DNA of 64,000 nt from Eledone cirrhosa (taxonomy: Eukaryota), in contig OZ024746.1 in assembly GCA_964016885.1 (NCBI GenBank), forward strand, positions 5,084,001-5,148,000. The letters run 5' to 3'. Below, one piece after another: positions 13,530-28,562 of the stretch. Each line of letters starts with the position of its first letter. Positions within the stretch are counted from its first letter, which is position 1. The translations under genes and the position numbers were made by a program. Below the pieces are notes generated by a model. It saw nothing but the letters and a program-made list of their open reading frames with translations, made no database searches and was not told the DNA's origin.

Positions 13530-14530
13530 CGGTCAGGTATGGCGGCCTAGGCCTCCGGTCCCCGATCTCACTAGCTTTGCCGGCGTATCTTTCGTCGGTA
13601 ACCTCGTGCCGCGTCCTCGTCAGCAGGGTTCTTCAAAACACAACAGAACCCTCTGTGTTCAGAGAACGTGAGGCCGCCTGTGAGACGTGAGACCGGCTGG
13701 GACTTAGCCCAGTAGACGTCCCCCCCCTGTTGACGTCAAGTCCCCCCAACGCACTTGGGATGCCATCCAGTGTAGCCTGGCCTCAGACGGCTCACGCGCC
13801 AGCTCGACCAGCACCGCCTTGCTTGTTTTCGTGCGGCCTCCAAACCCCACAGTGGTGCCTGGCTCCATGCTCTGCCCTCCTTCTCCACTGGCACGCAGCT
13901 AGACAACCATAGCCTGCGAATCGGCGTTTCCCTGAGGCTCGGCCTCCGGATCTGCCAGCCACACCGATGTCGCTGCGGTTCCACCGTGGACCCTTTCGGC
14001 CTTCACCCGCTTTCCTGTCGCCACAGTGCCGGCCGCATTCCACGCCATACTGCCCTCAACGAGGTCATTAAACATGGCTTGGACGCTGCAGGCTTCCCTT
14101 CCCAGCTCGAGCCGGTGGGGCTGGATCGAGGGGACGGCAAAAGGCCAGATGGCATGACCATCTTCCCGTTCCGCGGTGGCAAACCCCTCGTCTGGGATGC
14201 CACTTGCACCGACACTTTCTGCAGCCGCAACCTGGTGCAGTCTGCGACTGACCCAGGTTCTGCTGCACGTCGGGCTGAGGGGCCAAACTCCTCAAATACC
14301 GGTCGCTCTCTGACAGGTTTGCGGTCGTTCCCCTGTCAGTGGAGACTTCTGGTGTCCTCGGCCCCAGGGCTACCTCCTTACTCACCACCATATGCGCTGA
14401 GCTGGCCAGCCGTAGGTGTGAGCCCCGTGAGTTGGAGTGGCTTTTGTAGCGCGTCTCCCTTACCGTCCTCCGGGGAAACGCCTTCTCCATTCTGTCCGCC
14501 GGGGCTGTGGGTGGGCCCCATCGCGTAACA
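13530..14530 (+). mobile_element. CRE-clade non-LTR retrotransposon 3' part (Zn knuckle plus restriction-like endonuclease), pseudogenised
   Basis: DPFGLHPLSC...RHTALNEVIK...EPVGLDRGDGKRPDGMTIFPFRGGKPLVWDATCTDT. After a frameshift: KYRSLSDRFAVVPLSVETSGVLGP...RVSLTVLRGNA. Confidence 0.85.
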
Positions 14531-14979
14531 TTACATTAGTTAAATACCATTCTTTCATCTCATACATAGATATAATTAGGTCATTAAGAGACAAACTCAT
14601 TTCTTTTCTCGATATCTTCTTGTATATGTATGGATGTCTCTGTGCTGGAAGAAGGTGTTCATAATAGAGAATCGATTTACTAGAACAGAAATCTAATAAG
14701 GCCTCTCTATTCGTATTTAGATCGGGATCGTCGTTCCTTCCAATTGTTCATTTCCATATCAGGTGGTCAGTGCCAACATGTTATACTCATAAAAATAACA
14801 CCTTTGAATACATCATACACCTTGATTTTGTATGCGGCATCTGTACCAAAGTGTGTCACTGTGCAGGTAAACTAACAGGGCACCACAAAGATTGCTACGC
14901 CAATCAAATTCAAGCAGGCAGAGAACGAACCTGCATATTGTGTAGTATGACATGCTACTGGTAACATGTATCCCAGTAC

Positions 14980-15670
14980 AACCTGTCCCATGGTCGGGTT
15001 GTTGGCGACTAAACTGGCAACCCCACCAAGGTTTCTTGGTGAGGAGGGTGACTTTGGACATCCTGCAGGACTAAAAACAAAACCTGTCAAAGGGCAAAGG
15101 AGCGCTTAAGAGTCAATGGCCATCCAAAATAACCGGGAGAGATGACGCCTTAGCCTTTGTCAAGGCATAATTCTAGGAGAAGGAAAACTCTGATATAACA
15201 CCTGCAACCCTGATGGTATCCAATGATGTTGACTTGTTCTTCCTTTTGGTAAATATCATCTTGGTTAAGAGAGTGGGACTGGCTTTGTGCAGTGCCTTTG
15301 CTCACTATAAAAGCTTCACGGCACAGGCATTGCTTTATATCTGGAGATCTCTCTGCACTTGTCGTCACATGGTACCATGGGCCCAGCACTATGTGTCAAT
15401 AATTGTGACAAGTGTAGTGTTTGTACCAGAGTTTTCAAGTCTCTGGCTCGACTAAAAAGTCACACTCGTTCAGCGCATCAGTAGGGGTTCTCCTACATGG
15501 ATATGAAGTAGTGGCCGCACTCGAAAACGAGTTGGCAGCCACCATGTATGTACGTATGTATGTATGTACGTATGTATGTATGTATGTATGTATGTATGTA
15601 TGTATGTATGTATGTATGTATGTATGTATGTATGTATGTATGTATGTATGCATGCATGTATGTATGTATA
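14980..15670 (+). mobile_element. RTE-related non-autonomous element (non-coding body, C2H2 finger remnant, (TATG)n tail)
   Basis: 15148-15383 recurs at 52226-52461 with about 5 differences. CSVCTRVFKSLARLKSHTRSAH at about 15410-15480 is followed by a short UTR and (ATGT)n. Confidence 0.6.
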
Positions 15671-15815
15671 ATCATCAGTGTACATATGTAAATGGAAATA
15701 CTTTATTTAACTGTGAAATGTACTGTTTTGGCTTCCATATTATTCATTGATTATTCTACACTACTTCAAACGATTTTTTCAAATACAATATTTTCAGTTT
15801 GCTATCCACTGGAGC

Positions 15816-16606
<791 letters not shown>

Positions 16607-16629
16607 CGTGCATATATTTATATATATAT

Positions 16630-16750
16630 GCGTGTGGCTGAGTGGTTAGAGAATTGGATTCACAATCTTGAGGCTGTGAGTTCGATTCCCGGACCGGGCG
16701 ATGCGTTATGTCCTTGAACAAGACACTTCATTTCTAGAGTTGCTCCTTCT
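16630..16750 (+). mobile_element. tRNA-derived SINE, second family (V/CORE-like gtccttgaacaagacactt core)
   Basis: A box tggctgagtgg and B box gttcgattcc. Relatives occur at 30520-30660(-), 30750-30835(-) and 42154-42470(+). Confidence 0.7.
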
Positions 16751-17106
16751 ACCTGGAGACAGATAGTATTAGCAATTGGAAAGACCGACGAAAACATTGT
16801 TTCCTCGGTCCAAGTTGACGAACGTCGAATCGGATATATATAGTGATAAGGTTTATAATCTACTTCGGAGATTTGATTCTGACTTAGGTTTTTTTCTATT
16901 TAATTGCTAAACCTGTAGATATTGTTTTCTATACAATAACGGTAAAAATCACTTGTAATAATTCTTTACACACATTTCACTGTGTAACACACTTCTACTT
17001 GTCTAATATATTTGTATCTGAGCTCAGAAGAAAGTTCTCTATTCTTCTTTGAGCTCATATTATTATCATCACTGTGAACTGCGGAATACTCTTAATTCCG
17101 ATCCTA

Positions 17107-17729
<623 letters not shown>

Positions 17730-17743
17730 AGATAATATTAACT

Positions 17744-17801
<58 letters not shown>

Positions 17802-19287
17802 ATTCTAAAGACATATTTTATGATATATAGCTCTAATTATTTGATTTAATTTATTAATTTCTCATTGAGCCACAACGTGACCGGATGCAAAACACATATA
17901 TATCTATGACTCTCTATATATATGTAAATCTTTATATGTAATAATCTCCCGTTAGGTTGAGATACAATTTGGCGATATTAGGCTGCGCTTTCTAGCAATA
18001 AGCCTACCCGCCGTAAGCAACTAATCACATCCTTTCTAACTTGACCGCTGAGGTAATTAGGTATGTACGCAATTCTTCTAAGTTCAATTTTACACCTAAT
18101 TGTGTTTAGTTGATTGTATATCTGGTCGATTTTTACATGCTGTCGAAATGTTAGATACATAATCTATTGTAGCCGCCGCGAAGGGGCTGCTTTCGGATAT
18201 TTGTCGGAGATTTCTTCATAGGAGCCTTATTCTTATAGCTTGGTCTAATTGATTTTTGATATTGTTAATTATACTAATTGGGAGAGGAAATGGTATATAT
18301 TATATCTAGTTATTCTAAAGACATATTTTACGCCTTTATAGACATCGTTACTCGATAAAACATGAAAACCAGCGTTATGTAACAACACTCGCAGACAAGG
18401 CTTGGCAGCTGCGTGAAAATAACCAACAATTTCACCTAAAATGGGATATAATAGTGGCTGCCCCCCCCCCCCCCCCCCCCCCCCATAATCCCATGGACAG
18501 GAATTTTGTAAATTATGTAATGTAGAATTATTTTGTATTATGAAATCCAAACACATTTTATTAAATAACAGAATAGAGCGATCGTTATACTGTAACCATC
18601 GCTTATAATCTACATTTTCATATTATAAATACTACCAGGATTGAACGCCTGTCTCTATCCCCGTTTGATTGTCAAAATAGATATTAACATTCTTTATTAG
18701 TCTTAATTCTATCAACTCTTCTATTATTTACCTTTTAATACAAACTGCTATAGATAAAATGAGATTTCTGATTTCTTGATTCAATTTCAATTCCCTAATG
18801 CATATACCAGCTGGCTACTAGCATTGATGTTATTTAGTAGCAATCGAAATCTCCCCCTTCCCCAATTGACACTTTATAATTAATACTACTGCACCAAATG
18901 ACCAGCCCTGTCCACTGTCCAGTTGGTCAAGTAGAGATTAAAATTGGCACTCCCAAAATTCTTATTTAGATTTACTCATGGTATTCTCATTAGAAACCCA
19001 TTATATACTTGTTTAGCAGTAAATTAATTTACCATCTGTCATATACTATCCCCTCTGTTCCTTCCTCTTTTACTAATATAAATACTTCAATTTTTCTGAT
19101 TTTATCCAATTTATCCAAAATCTCTGAAGAAGTGACAACTGATTATACATTTGCTATCGAATACTTGCTAACATTATATGATTACGCAAGCAGCGATACA
19201 TAGGTATTCGGTCTGTTACAGAAACATATGTCAATACCTAATAAATTCCTTTTTTAACAAAAAGCACTTTCATTTTATATTCATCCT

Positions 19288-19347
<60 letters not shown>

Positions 19348-19349
<2 letters not shown>

Positions 19350-19400
19350 AGAATTAGCCGTCGAAACGGCTTGAGCTCAGCCGTCGGGGTCTTACTGGTT

Positions 19401-19405
<5 letters not shown>
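19348..19405 (+). mobile_element. Isolated 58-bp arm of the gaccccgacggc family inside (TA)n
   Basis: Matches 49063-49120. Confidence 0.75.
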
Positions 19406-19468
<63 letters not shown>

Positions 19469-19539
19469 TAGAGAGTGGAAGAAAATGAAATACAAGAAGA
19501 AAGACCAGCGCTGTATTGAAAGAGTGATGGTGAGAAAGG

Positions 19540-19940
19540 AAGAGAAGGCCTGCCGCAGTGTGAATATTTGGTCGACTGTGTCCAAGGTGAGCACCACTCC
19601 ATCTCTTTGCCAGACATTTTACATAGATATAACCAGAGAGACTTAACAGGAATCTCTCTTGGCTCCCGTTTTGAAAACTGTGATTATCGCTCCCGATTGC
19701 CATTGCTTAGGTGCCTTTCCAGAGATCCAGGCCACCCGGCACATATGGCTAAGCTAGAGAAAACCTTCTCTATTTAAGCCTTTTAATATCTCGCGTCAAA
19801 TTTCATCCTCACTAGAGGCCTTGCCACATTAATTGCTCCGGTGACCTCAGTCTCTAAGAGGTTAGTCACCACTTCTAGATACAGCTCTTGTTCATCAGAA
19901 GATGTCGTTGCGGGTTTAGGAGATCAGCAAAGTATTGTAT
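19540..19940 (-). mobile_element. RTE-clade RT N-terminal fragments
   Basis: GKASSEDEI*REILKGL...AWISGKAPKQWQSGAIITVFK and [10 protein letters not shown]. Confidence 0.75.
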
Positions 19941-20123
19941 CCACATCATGAGGGTGCATTGCACTATTTACCAGATTTTCTAAAGCTATTATCTTTTACA
20001 ACGATTAGTCCGTTTCAATCGCAATATTTCCTCGCAAATTCGCGAAGCGTTCCATATTTTCCAAGGGCGGTGCCCCAGCATGGCCTCTGCCGGATGGCTG
20101 GAACAGGTAAAAGAGTAAAAGAG

Positions 20124-20198
<75 letters not shown>

Positions 20199-20527
20199 GA
20201 ATATTCAGAGTATTCCGAGGATTTGATCAGGGGTAAGCACTGTATTTAAGGTCGAGTGACGCAACTTCGAGTGATTAGCGGCCTTTAGACTCATCTAATC
20301 AATGAAACAATTGTTAATACTTGAAATAAAACCCCTTTTGTACAGCCGACCATGTTATTCTTCAATCTTTCACTATTATTACTCCAAGAATGACCTGCAT
20401 AGGAATTCTCGCGAACTCGTTGTCTAACTATGGAAACCTCTTGTTGAGTCAAACTACGTTAGAACTATCCACAATACAGAGTACTCACAACCGCTAACTG
20501 GATTACCTATAACGATAACTTGTTATC

Positions 20528-20600
<73 letters not shown>

Positions 20601-20605
20601 TAAAT

Positions 20606-20927
20606 ATTTCGTTTCTGAATTTGTTTAGCAAGATTCTTTATCTGAAAACGTGTGTTGAAACCGATATTGTTATACTTTGGGAGGGTCATGTTGCCAATAA
20701 GAAACACACGCACCAGTTGCTTTCACTTCAATTTATTATAATAAATTTATAAATTTATGAATTTATAAATTTCCGGTTGGTTGGTTGGTTCCACAACCAG
20801 ATGGTTGTTTATATATTGTCAAAGTTCTTTCGTCACACATTCTGTGACCTCTTCAGTGACTGGGGATTCTTTTCTTTGTTTTTGTGCTTGTCCTTTGTTC
20901 TGTCCTACGCCATGGCGTAGGACAGAA
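20606..20927 (-). mobile_element. Unedited copy of the 16-kb element, with a 30-bp terminal palindrome
   Basis: Aligns to 15944-16194 and to the reverse complement of 16204-16450. It ends in ttctgtcctacgcca|tggcgtaggacagaa. Confidence 0.8.
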
Positions 20928-21110
20928 TTGGCAGTATCGGTAGAGGGTCGGACGCCATGCTTTGACGCATAGAGTTACGGCCCTTGCCATTCTGAGTTCA
21001 AATCCCGCCGAGGTTAACTTTGCCTTTTATCCTTACGGGGTCGATAAATTAAAGTACCAGTAATGTACTAGGTAATTGCTGGCCTTGTGCCAATAGTAGA
21101 AACAATTATT
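20928..21110 (+). mobile_element. Meta-core SINE
   Basis: Near full-length match to the family. Confidence 0.85.
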
Positions 21111-21608
21111 TCAAGAATACAACAGATCTGTAGGTGTACTCCACTTCAACATTATATGCTTCCAAATAACCGATTGAAGTAGCACAATTCCAATCCCTTA
21201 CATATTTTATCTACATTCTTACCGGTAGTTAAAGAGGATATATTTTTCTAGAAATATATTTTACACCCGAAATTCTTAACAGAAATATTATTTTTACTCT
21301 GTTCTATTGATACAGCTTATATGTACTTATATGTACTTATGCCTTCTGTATTTATTTCTATAAATTATTCTTATGTCTATCATTTTAGCAAATACCAAGC
21401 CAATTATTTTCTCTATAACTGTGTGATATCGTTATATCATTCTTTGGTATTTTATGCAAACCATCCAGCATTTGTTAGGATATTCAATTATTTTTCTGTA
21501 TGTTTATCATTTATCAAATTTTCGTGTTCCAAAATAAATCATAACACACTACTTTCAGTATTGAGTACACTTCTCTCTCATTGTTTATGTTCTCCCCATA
21601 TATATATA

Positions 21609-22623
21609 CAGTGGCGGACTGGCCAGGTTGCCCAATGGCAAGTGGGCCTCAGGGGCCCCATGGTAGCATTGCAGGGCCCACTGTAGTATTTTAGAGGCCA
21701 ATGCTTTGCTTTCAAAATATACCTGCAGTCTGAGAGAAAGAATTTAAAAAAAAACATAAATAAAACAATTAAGCAAAGCATTTGGTCATCCAGTTCCACA
21801 GGGAATTACTAGAAACCAACATAACAGCTGGAATCAGTTGTTTACATTCTACTAAATCTAAAGCTTGGTCTATTCATTCATGCATGCAAAAATACGTATA
21901 TAGACACAGACACACAAGCACACACACACACACATATATATATATTTAGATACTTACATAATAGAAAAGAAATAAGATTTCGCTTCATACAAATATATAT
22001 AGAAAGTTCGGGGGTCCGAGCGGGGAGGGCGGAAGGTGGTGTGTGTGTATGTGTGTAGGTGTACGTGTGTATATGAGTGTGAGAGTTTGGGGAAGAACGG
22101 AGTTTCATGCTCGGGTAATAGGAAAACCAGTTGTCTCAGTAGCCTAGCGGTGCGTACTAGAGACGGTGGAGATCCTGGCCTTGGGTTCAATCCTGATCAA
22201 GAGGTACATGTAACCTCTTCAGTTTTTATTTTACAAGCAATAGAAAAAAACTGAAAAGTTTTACCAAGAACCCTTCTCCCGACGAGGATCGAACTTCAGA
22301 CCAGGGTCACCACCGTCAATGATTCTTCCAGCCAAACCACCGAGACAGCTACAAAAGTACGAGAAAAATTGATAATTATAAATCTACTTTAAAAATCACA
22401 TTAAAAAAGATGTGATGTCGTTCATGGCGTTCCGAGAGCTATTAGTAATATTTAGGGTCGACTTCCGGCACTTTGGTAACAACCTTATTATTCCTATGTG
22501 TGTTTAACTGTTGAATTGATTTAATTTGATTATTTTAGCAAACAAATATGACCGGAACCCGGTCATTGAAATGATCATAGTATAATAAACCTTTCAAGGA
22601 TTTACACCAGTCCAGCCTCCTGT

Positions 22624-22668
<45 letters not shown>

Positions 22669-23351
22669 TTTATGGAACATCCAAAGGATTTAGAAGTCGA
22701 CCTTAAGTTGGAGCAATAACATTTAGAAAGACATGAACGATACCACAACACTTTGCTTTGAAAATTTTGAAAGTAGGTTTATAAGTATGAATTTTCAGAA
22801 GAATTTCGTAGTTGTCTCTGTGGCCTACTGGTAGGTACTAGAGACGGTGGAGGTCAAGAGGGACATGTATCAAGAAGGATATGTATCCCTTTTCCAGGTT
22901 TTATTTTACGCCCAATAGAAAAAAATTGAAAAGCTTTACCGGGAACCCTCTTCCCGACAAGGATGGAACTTTAGACCAGTATCACCACCGTCAATGATTC
23001 CTCTATCTAAGCCACCGAGACAGCTACAAAAGTATATTGAAAATTGATAATTATAAACCTACTTTCAAAATCAATTAAAAAATGTGGTGTCGTTCATGGC
23101 CTTCCTAGAGCTATTAGTAATATTTAGGATTGACTTCTGGTCATTATTGAAAGTCTCTGGATTTCGCAAAATACATAATATTTTTTATTGGAGAAGGTAT
23201 TTTCCGCAAAAATGTGATTGCACTGTTTTGTTTCCACTTATGTGTTTTTCGAAAATGTTATTTATTCATTATGAAATTTTAATGATAACATTCTATATAT
23301 AGGTTGTTCCCCTTCGTCTCCTGGCAACCAATATTTTTAGACCCAGTCCGC

Positions 23352-23356
<5 letters not shown>
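21609..23356. mobile_element. hAT-like non-autonomous DNA transposon
   Basis: TIRs cagtggcggactgg (21609-21622) and ccagtccgccacta (23343-23356). tatatata on both sides is compatible with an 8-bp TSD. Confidence 0.6.
22130..23140. repeat. Two related units, each with convergent tRNA-like heads; the second forms an imperfect ~450-bp palindrome
   Basis: 22130-22465 resembles 22810-23140. 22691-22825 is inverted relative to 23010-23139. Confidence 0.6.
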
Positions 23357-23417
<61 letters not shown>

Positions 23418-23917
23418 ATATATATATATATATATATATGTTTTACTGCATAAAATAGTCCAATAATAACAGGGCATATAAGACCCTTTAACGGAAAAAA
23501 ATTGGGCCTCAGTATCGTGTCGGAATTGAACCCATACCTTATATTTTCGCATAAGGAAATGAGAAAGAAATATAGAGGAACGATCAACCCCAGTACCAGA
23601 TTGGTATTTTTTTATCGACCTCAAAAAGGAAGAAAGGCAAAGTTGATCTCGATGTGATTTAAGCTCTGAGAGCAGGAAGGGATATAGCGAAGTATTCTAT
23701 GCGACGTTCTAAACACTTCGCCAGTTCGCCACCTTTTGCTATCTTCTTAATATACCATATATTATTATACTGAAATATATTTTGTATAAATGAAGCTCTG
23801 TAAAAATTAGTTGTTAGCCAGTATAGCTGTTTCTGGTATAATATAATTGGAATAATTTTATTTTGATTTATTTTTATGATATGCATATATATAATTTTAT
23901 TTTGATTTATTTTTATG

Positions 23918-24051
<134 letters not shown>

Positions 24052-25926
24052 TTATATAGACAGCAACAGTTTTCTTTTTGCACTTCCTTCTCAAAACAAT
24101 GATGTGTTGTCCGCTTTGTGAAAATATCAATTATTTATTATTTGGACTTAGTCCCAAAACTTTTGCTGCTCCACTCATGGATTGTGTATCCCATTGCGTT
24201 AATGGTCGGTATGCTGTACTACTGACCTAACGTTCTGTAAGACCTCAACTTGGCATTTGGACGAAACTATTCTCATTGCAGAGATTTCCAACAATAAGAT
24301 AAAACTAAACATAAAATTGCGACATTATGCATGTTAACGCTAAAAAAACAAAACAAAATATTTATTTATTTCATATAATTGTAGATGATGTATCGATATT
24401 TTGAAAACTGTTTTCGTGAGTGATTAATTTTAAAGATTGAGTTGAACGTTATTGGATGAAATATCTTACAGCCGAGTTCTGATTCTGCCTGCAGCTATTT
24501 TGCTTTTCATCATTTTACAGTTGACAAAAACATTCCATGTGGGAGTCGAACTCCGCCATGGGTGTGTAATGTCACAAAATAAATATCAGTGATAAAATGT
24601 ATTCGTTTTCAATCGACTTACATCAGGATTAATTTTCAACAAATTTGTGGTCTTTGTTAATGTCAAAAATATTGCCATCTTTTCCTAATTTTATTAATAA
24701 GTGAAAGGGAGGGGCACGACGATTATTTGAGAGCAAGGGTAGGTAGTAAACCTAATTACAGAGAAAGATTTAATTGTTCACCCAGTTTAACACCACCATC
24801 TGGCTTTTGAATGCTTAGAGGTCTCTGGAAGGGTCATGTACACCCACCTTTCTCCTGACTGTGAGGTAAATAAACGGCGGAACATTGTGCTATTCACAAA
24901 TAGACAGGCCATTTAATTTTGTAGGCAGAAACTCAATTTACACAGAAACTGGGCTCAATAAGTAGCTAATCTCTTGCTCTGCAGCATTCGTTATATTTTC
25001 AAGATAAATATTTAGTAAAAAAGGGTTAAACATAATCTGTATATTTATCAATAACCTGTGATTTTCATTATCGCTTATATCCCCTATTTTTAAGATTGAA
25101 ATTATTTTATAAAACCCTTTAATAACGTTATTTACAGAACATTCGTTTTTTCCGCATCAATGAGAAACATTGATATGAAATATATATCGTATATATATTT
25201 TCTTACATTTTTTTATGTATACAATTAAGGTTTTGTTCTGATGTTTTCTCTACCAGTTAGAAAATCTCTACTAGTTATGGAAATATATATATTTGTATAA
25301 TTGGGGTTTTAGTTTTTACATCTACAACATTACCTCCCAAAATCAAAGAACACCCATTCATCACACCAATGCTTGACTTACAACAGTAGATTCTGGCATA
25401 TATCCAAACCGCCTTTTCAAGAAACTTTGCCAAGAGAAATCTTATTTTTCACGAAATAAATGGAATAAAGGAATAAACAAAACAACAAAAAACATAAAAA
25501 TATAGAAATAAAATAGTTAAAGAATGGTAAAAAAAACACTGAGAAAGGAGTGAGAGAAGGAGAGAGAGGGGGAGATAGGGAGAGAGGGAGATATATATAT
25601 ATATAGAGAGAGAGATAGGGAGGGAGAGAGAGGGAGAGAGAGGGTGAGAGAAGGAGGGAGAGTGAAAGAGAAAGACCGACTATTGAACTTGAAGTGTAAA
25701 CATAAATTTAATTATAACATTATTTTTCTATCGGTGATTCCCTATATTGCATATCAGTATTGGTTGTTAATGTGGTAGTATGTATGCGTACTTTAATGTG
25801 CTAGTATGTATGTGAATGTGCTTACGTGTTTATATATGTGTGTATGTGTGTGTTTTATTGTGTATATGTGCGTCTGCTGGTACGTGCTTTTGGTGAAAAT
25901 AATTTTGATAATGCCGTTACGTGCAG

Positions 25927-26031
<105 letters not shown>

Positions 26032-26426
26032 CCAGCTAGCTGGTTATTTGTTCCGGCGTTCTGAGCTCAGAGCTTAACTCCCACCGAGGTAAATTTTTCC
26101 TTTCATGCATTCGGGATCAATAAATAAAATATTAGTCGAGGACGGTATTTTCTGAGTTCAAATCCCGCCTCCTATCACCGGAAACCTTGGTGTAGGAAGC
26201 GAGACTGTCAAACGAATTTAAAACTCCAGTGCCAGAGAGAAAGATGGGTTCACTGGCGCAACCTTTCGATCGTATCAATCAAAATTAGCGGATTCTGCAC
26301 AAACTAAAAAACATCTACCAACTGTATATTTTTATTTCTCATCTCCTTTCATCTCTTCTTTTATTTCACTCTCACTCAGTATATGTACACACGCACACAC
26401 CACAAACACACACAAATACACACACA

Positions 26427-26510
<84 letters not shown>

Positions 26511-26522
26511 TATATATATATA

Positions 26523-26640
26523 TAATCTGAGTTTTTCGAATATTAATAATAACATTCGATTCGTTTGCAATTATGCAAACACGCCCCAATTTTATAGCCA
26601 TGTCAGTAGAATGAACCCTTCATTCTTGCTCTTGTGTTTA
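26523..26640. repeat. Dispersed ~120-bp element between TA-rich tracts, with an inverted copy at 50855-50974
   Basis: aatctgagtttttcgaatattaataat...ctcttgtgtt matches the reverse complement of 50855-50974. Confidence 0.75.
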
Positions 26641-26764
26641 TATATATATATATATGTATATATATAATATAGAAATGGCTTCTACAGGACTTGAACTGTT
26701 CCATTCGGGAGAAATCACCAGGAAGTCCGCAAAGAAACAATGCATGAAGTGGGTGAGAGGCAGA

Positions 26765-26795
<31 letters not shown>

Positions 26796-27034
26796 CTAGC
26801 AGATGTACCCGGCGTTGCTCGGGAAATGAATGACTGCTTGAATTGTTCAAGGTCGTTTATGGCTTAACTAGTAATTTCTGAGTGCATGTCAGCTTTTGTC
26901 AGCTAATTGGCTAGCCAATGAGAGGTCGCCTCAATAGCACGTGCCAAATCGGCCTAGTACTTCAAAAGTTAAAAGGAGCCTAGTATTTGTACACAGACAG
27001 ACACACACACACAGACCGACTTGCTTTTATATAT

Positions 27035-27035
<1 letters not shown>
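26796..27035 (-). mobile_element. Short non-autonomous Helitron
   Basis: The minus strand starts tatataaaagc...gtctgtgtgtgtgtgtctgtctg and ends with the hairpin cccgagcaacgccggg plus tacatctgCTAG|t. Confidence 0.75.
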
Positions 27036-27099
<64 letters not shown>

Positions 27100-27877
27100 A
27101 TGGAGTGAGAATAAGAAAAAAGCAAGAACGGGGGTAGTTTTCCTCATCAGTTGCCTACTGGGGGTCTCGGATATTTCAACGCTTTAAAGACAATATATCT
27201 ACCCCCAGAGCGTTCAATAACTGGGTAACTTATTGGGAAAACGGAGGAGGGAGGGAAGGAAAATAGAAGGGAAAAGGGAAGAAAAGAGAAAACAGCGAAT
27301 AATAACAGCAAAAAAAACCCCAAAATGTAGTTGATCTTCCTTATTTTGTTCAATTTATTTATTTATTATTTGCGACTCCATTATGGAAGCGCCCTGGTTG
27401 AGTGCTTCTGGCGTGTTCATTTTTTTCTAATTGAATCAATGCCAACGTTTTCAGTGTGATTGGTCAGGACTGTGTTACCTCCTCTTTGATGAGAAGTCAC
27501 GTGTCACTGAAAGTTTAGGTTACTACTACACACGCCAATGGCCATCAGTGCAGTGTACTAGATAACTAATCGATAACTAATCGAACCTATCCATTCCAGA
27601 GAGGCTAACCCCCGCTGAATTCGTGATTACAGTCAACTTACGTAATGTTTACTAACCTTACTTAATTTCTGTGCACGGTGGTTCCATTCAGACAACCGTT
27701 GGCAGATCAGAATCACAGAAACTAATACATTGATCCAAGGCCGGAAAATCAAATTTTCTACCCACACGAAATGGTTTTTCTCACTAATTAACGAATAAGT
27801 GTGAAGTCTAATGTCTTGGGTCTGTGTTTTAATAATACAGACTGTTTGCCTTTTGCACACACACACACACACACACG

Positions 27878-28109
<232 letters not shown>

Positions 28110-28219
28110 CTGTGTGTGTGTGTGTGTACTGGTATAATTGTACCTCTGTGTTTGTCTTTTTTAAGATCCGCAAGGTGAAACAATTGTTCTCGGTATGGTG
28201 AACTAACTGTTGTGTTACT

Positions 28220-28346
<127 letters not shown>

Positions 28347-28358
28347 GATAATGATAAT

Positions 28359-28562
28359 AATGAAAATATTCAGGACCCCGACGGCTGAGCTCCGGCCATT
28401 TTGACAGCTAGATCTGAACGGTTCTAGCTGTCGAAACGGCTGAAGCTCAGCCGTCGGGGTCCTGAATCTTTTCATATTACCCACTCTACTACCCCAAGTA
28501 TCGGGTACTCTGGTGAATTATGGCCACCCTGTTTTTTTCTTTTTTACCACACCCTATCTGAT
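28359..28562 (+). mobile_element. Fold-back copy of the gaccccgacggc family
   Basis: The short arm 28359-28410 is inverted relative to 28424-28475. The long arm continues ttacccactctactacc. Confidence 0.75.

Noticed and set aside
14970-15030. HDV-like ribozyme at the 5' end of the RTE-related element
   Set aside because: ccagt/actgg and ctaa are suggestive, but I could not assemble P1, P1.1 and P3 in the required order.
17870-18420. Penelope-like linker remnant on the minus strand (IAYIPNYLSGQVRKDVISCLRRVGL)
   Set aside because: Too degraded to support without a profile search.
18461-18484. Poly-C tract as a functional G-quadruplex
   Set aside because: It is a simple homopolymer with no supporting context.
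22133-22203. Functional tRNA gene
   Set aside because: A and B boxes are present, but the acceptor and anticodon stems do not pair convincingly, so I treat it as repeat-derived.
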